A stretch of 64,000 bases of DNA. It comes from an uncultured Planctomycetota bacterium (lineage in GTDB: Bacteria; Planctomycetota; Planctomycetia; Isosphaerales; Isosphaeraceae). The position numbers were made by a program, and so were the translations under genes. Where the stretch lies: NCBI GenBank assembly GCA_963845755.1, contig CAWJTV010000026.1, positions 64,001 to 128,000 of the forward strand. The letters are read 5' to 3'. Below, piece by piece: positions 61,998 through 64,000 of this stretch. The notes below the pieces were generated by a model. That model saw only the letters and a program-made list of their open reading frames with translations, was not told where the DNA came from and made no database searches. Positions within the stretch are counted from its first letter, which is position 1, and every line of letters begins with the position of its first letter.

Positions 61998-62234
61998 ATG
62001 AAACGCATCCTGTTGAGTGGACTGAGCGTCGCTTTTCTGATGGGTGTCGTGGGCTGCGGAGGTGGAGGAATGGATGCGGGAACGCCCAGTGACCTGACAC
62101 CGGGCGTGAAAATCGATCCCAACCTGACGAGCCCGAGCGGAAAGTTTGGCGTCAAGGCCGCCCAGACCGCGTCTAACAAGTCGCAACAGGCGCAGTCCGC
62201 TCCAGGTGGCGAGGCGCCGGCTGAACCGAAATGA
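61998..62234 (+). CDS. Small lipoprotein
   Basis: SD GGAG; MKRILLSGLSVAFLMGVVGC lipobox. Confidence 0.8.
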   Translation: MKRILLSGLSVAFLMGVVGCGGGGMDAGTPSDLTPGVKIDPNLTSPSGKFGVKAAQTASNKSQQAQSAPGGEAPAEPK

Positions 62235-62327
62235 GGTGAGGCCGGCGGGCGGCTTCGAGGAGTCGAAAACGGGTGTCCAAGGGAAGGTCGGCGTCGGGGC
62301 CGACCTCTCCAGATGGCCAACGAATGG

Positions 62328-64000
62328 TCACGAGGCGGGGGTTGTCAGCGGACGACGGGGCAGTGTCTCGTAGGAGCCGGCCCCCTCCGTCACCACGACC
62401 GTTCGGTCGGCGGGAATCTTGCGGAACACCTGATGGCTCCGGCTTGCCGGCCAGGTCACTTCGACGGCTTCGGCCGTCTCCGCCTGGTCGAGTCCGATGT
62501 GCTGCACGAAGCTGTTGCCGCCATAGCTGGACCCGGAGCTCACCTCGCGGTAGATCGATCGCATCTTCCCATCACGATCCTTGACGTCGACCCGCAGCCG
62601 GGCACCGATGGCCGCGCGATTGGTCGTGACGCCGACGAGCTTCAGATCCAGCCAGTGGCGCCCATGACCCGGGTTCTGGAAGAGGACGTTGTGCGCCCGG
62701 TCGCCCGGCGCCGCGCCGCCCATCTCCTCGAACAGATCGAGATCTCCGTCGGCGTCCCAGTCGGCGAAGGAGACGCCGTGTCCCTTCTGGAGGTGCGCCG
62801 TTCCCGACGACACGCTGATGTCCGCGAACCGGAGTCCGCCGACATTCTTGAGCATCACGTTCGGGGTCAGGGTGGAGTAGTTCGGCCGCCCGGTCCCGAA
62901 ATAGACATCAAGATAGCCGTCATTGTCGATGTCGCCGAAGTTCGAGCCCATGGTCAGGGACACGCGGCCGAGCCCGACCTCGTCGGTCACGTCGCGGAAG
63001 CCCGCATCCCCCAGGTTCTTGTAGAGGCGCGGGCGCTCGCCCTCGTGCGGCCGGCCGAGCCCATCGGCGATCACATCGTAGAGGTAGCCGCGAAAGGCGG
63101 CGACGAACAGGTCGAGCCGCCCATCGTTGTCGTAGTCCCAGAACCAGCACGAGAAGCTGTCCTGCGGCTCGGTGACGCCGAGCTCGGGGGCCACGTCGGT
63201 GAAGGTGCCGTCGCCGTTGTTGCGGTAGAGGCGATTCGCCGAGGTCATGTTGGAGACATAGAGGTCGGGCCAGCCGTCGCCATCGTAATCGCCCCACGCG
63301 GCGCCCTTGCCGAAGCGGTCGTTCCGGACGCCTGCGCGCTCGGCGACGTCGGTGAAAGTGCCGTCGCGGTTGTTGTGATAGAGCCGGCCGCTGTTGCGGG
63401 AGTCGGGAGGCCCCGAGATGTGCTGTTCGCCCACCACGTAGAGGTCCACGAACCCATCATGATCGAAGTCGCCCCACACGCCCGCCTGCGACTGGATTGG
63501 TGTTGCCAGACCCGCGGCGGCGGTCACGTCCTTGAAGGTACCCTCACCCTGGTTTCGCAGGAGCGAGAGCGGGTAGGGAGCCTCCCATCCACCGCGGATC
63601 AGCAGGATGTCGAGTCGCCCGTCGTTGTCGAAGTCGGCGTGGCTGGCGTTGGCGGCCAGATCCTGCCCGGCCAGCCCGGCCGCAGGGCCGCGGTCCTCGA
63701 ACCGGTCGCCTCGATTGACGAACAGCGCAGCATCCAGGTCGCAGTCGGCCGAGCAGACGAAGATGTCCGCCCGGCCGTCGCCATCGAAATCGTCGAAGAG
63801 GCTCCCGCCGAACATATTCGGGCCCCTCGTCTCGAGCCCGACCTGCGGCGCGACGTTGCGAAACTGGCCGATGTCGAGCGCGGAGGCAAACAGCTCCGGC
63901 GGCAAGCGAAACCTGGCCGGGATCCCCTCGGGGTATTCGCCCAGGGTCCTGGCGGCGATCCCCAGGAGCCATCGGGCTCCGAGATCCTCGGGCCGTTGGT
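62328..64000 (-). CDS. CRTAC1/ASPIC-UnbV FG-GAP repeat protein (5' end outside the window)
   Basis: Repeated DFDNDG.LDL, LY.NNGDGTFTDVA, HLQKGHG, NRAAIGAR, HIGL...VTWP. Confidence 0.93.
   Translation of the reverse strand, partial: QRPEDLGARWLLGIAARTLGEYPEGIPARFRLPPELFASALDIGQFRNVAPQVGLETRGPNMFGGSLFDDFDGDGRADIFVCSADCDLDAALFVNRGDRFEDRGPAAGLAGQDLAANASHADFDNDGRLDILLIRGGWEAPYPLSLLRNQGEGTFKDVTAAAGLATPIQSQAGVWGDFDHDGFVDLYVVGEQHISGPPDSRNSGRLYHNNRDGTFTDVAERAGVRNDRFGKGAAWGDYDGDGWPDLYVSNMTSANRLYRNNGDGTFTDVAPELGVTEPQDSFSCWFWDYDNDGRLDLFVAAFRGYLYDVIADGLGRPHEGERPRLYKNLGDAGFRDVTDEVGLGRVSLTMGSNFGDIDNDGYLDVYFGTGRPNYSTLTPNVMLKNVGGLRFADISVSSGTAHLQKGHGVSFADWDADGDLDLFEEMGGAAPGDRAHNVLFQNPGHGRHWLDLKLVGVTTNRAAIGARLRVDVKDRDGKMRSIYREVSSGSSYGGNSFVQHIGLDQAETAEAVEVTWPASRSHQVFRKIPADRTVVVTEGAGSYETLPRRPLTTPAS

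Noticed and set aside
62203..62234. Lipoprotein tail GGEAPAEP as a captured REP of the 18.0-kb type
   Set aside because: Nucleotide match is loose and there is no inverted partner; could be chance in a low-complexity tail.
1..64000. tRNA, rRNA or CRISPR features
   Set aside because: No cloverleaf, rRNA signature or repeat-spacer array was recognised on manual reading.

Overview
High-GC bacterial DNA, very probably a planctomycete of the Isosphaeraceae type. This is inferred from gene content: ECF sigma/Ser-Thr kinase pairs, DUF1559, DUF1501, DUF1573, LEPR-XLL leaders, PEP-CTERM and ASPIC/UnbV proteins. Many long genes, including the essential thrS, are split by single-base frameshifts. These are most simply uncorrected long-read indels, so such genes are given as merged spans. 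Core-like flanks (thrS, pyrE, yajQ, RdgC-like, DUF1501, oxalate decarboxylase) surround a plastic region at about 26.6-50 kb. That region holds a large-serine-recombinase element, IS66, IS3, IS1634, a triply disrupted vapC toxin, gene remnants and three of the four PEP-CTERM genes. Most notable: (1) a compact serine-recombinase element whose predicted circular junction would place a Shine-Dalgarno in front of a leader peptide coupled to its accessory gene; (2) several MITE families with clear terminal repeats and target duplications that carry REP-like palindromes as variable cargo; (3) a divergent pair of paralogous flavoproteins next to an acetoacetate-decarboxylase-like gene and an acid-ceramidase-like hydrolase; (4) a GIDE/BAM-LemA fusion. 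No rRNA, tRNA or CRISPR array was recognised. All family names come from motif recognition by eye, not from database searches.
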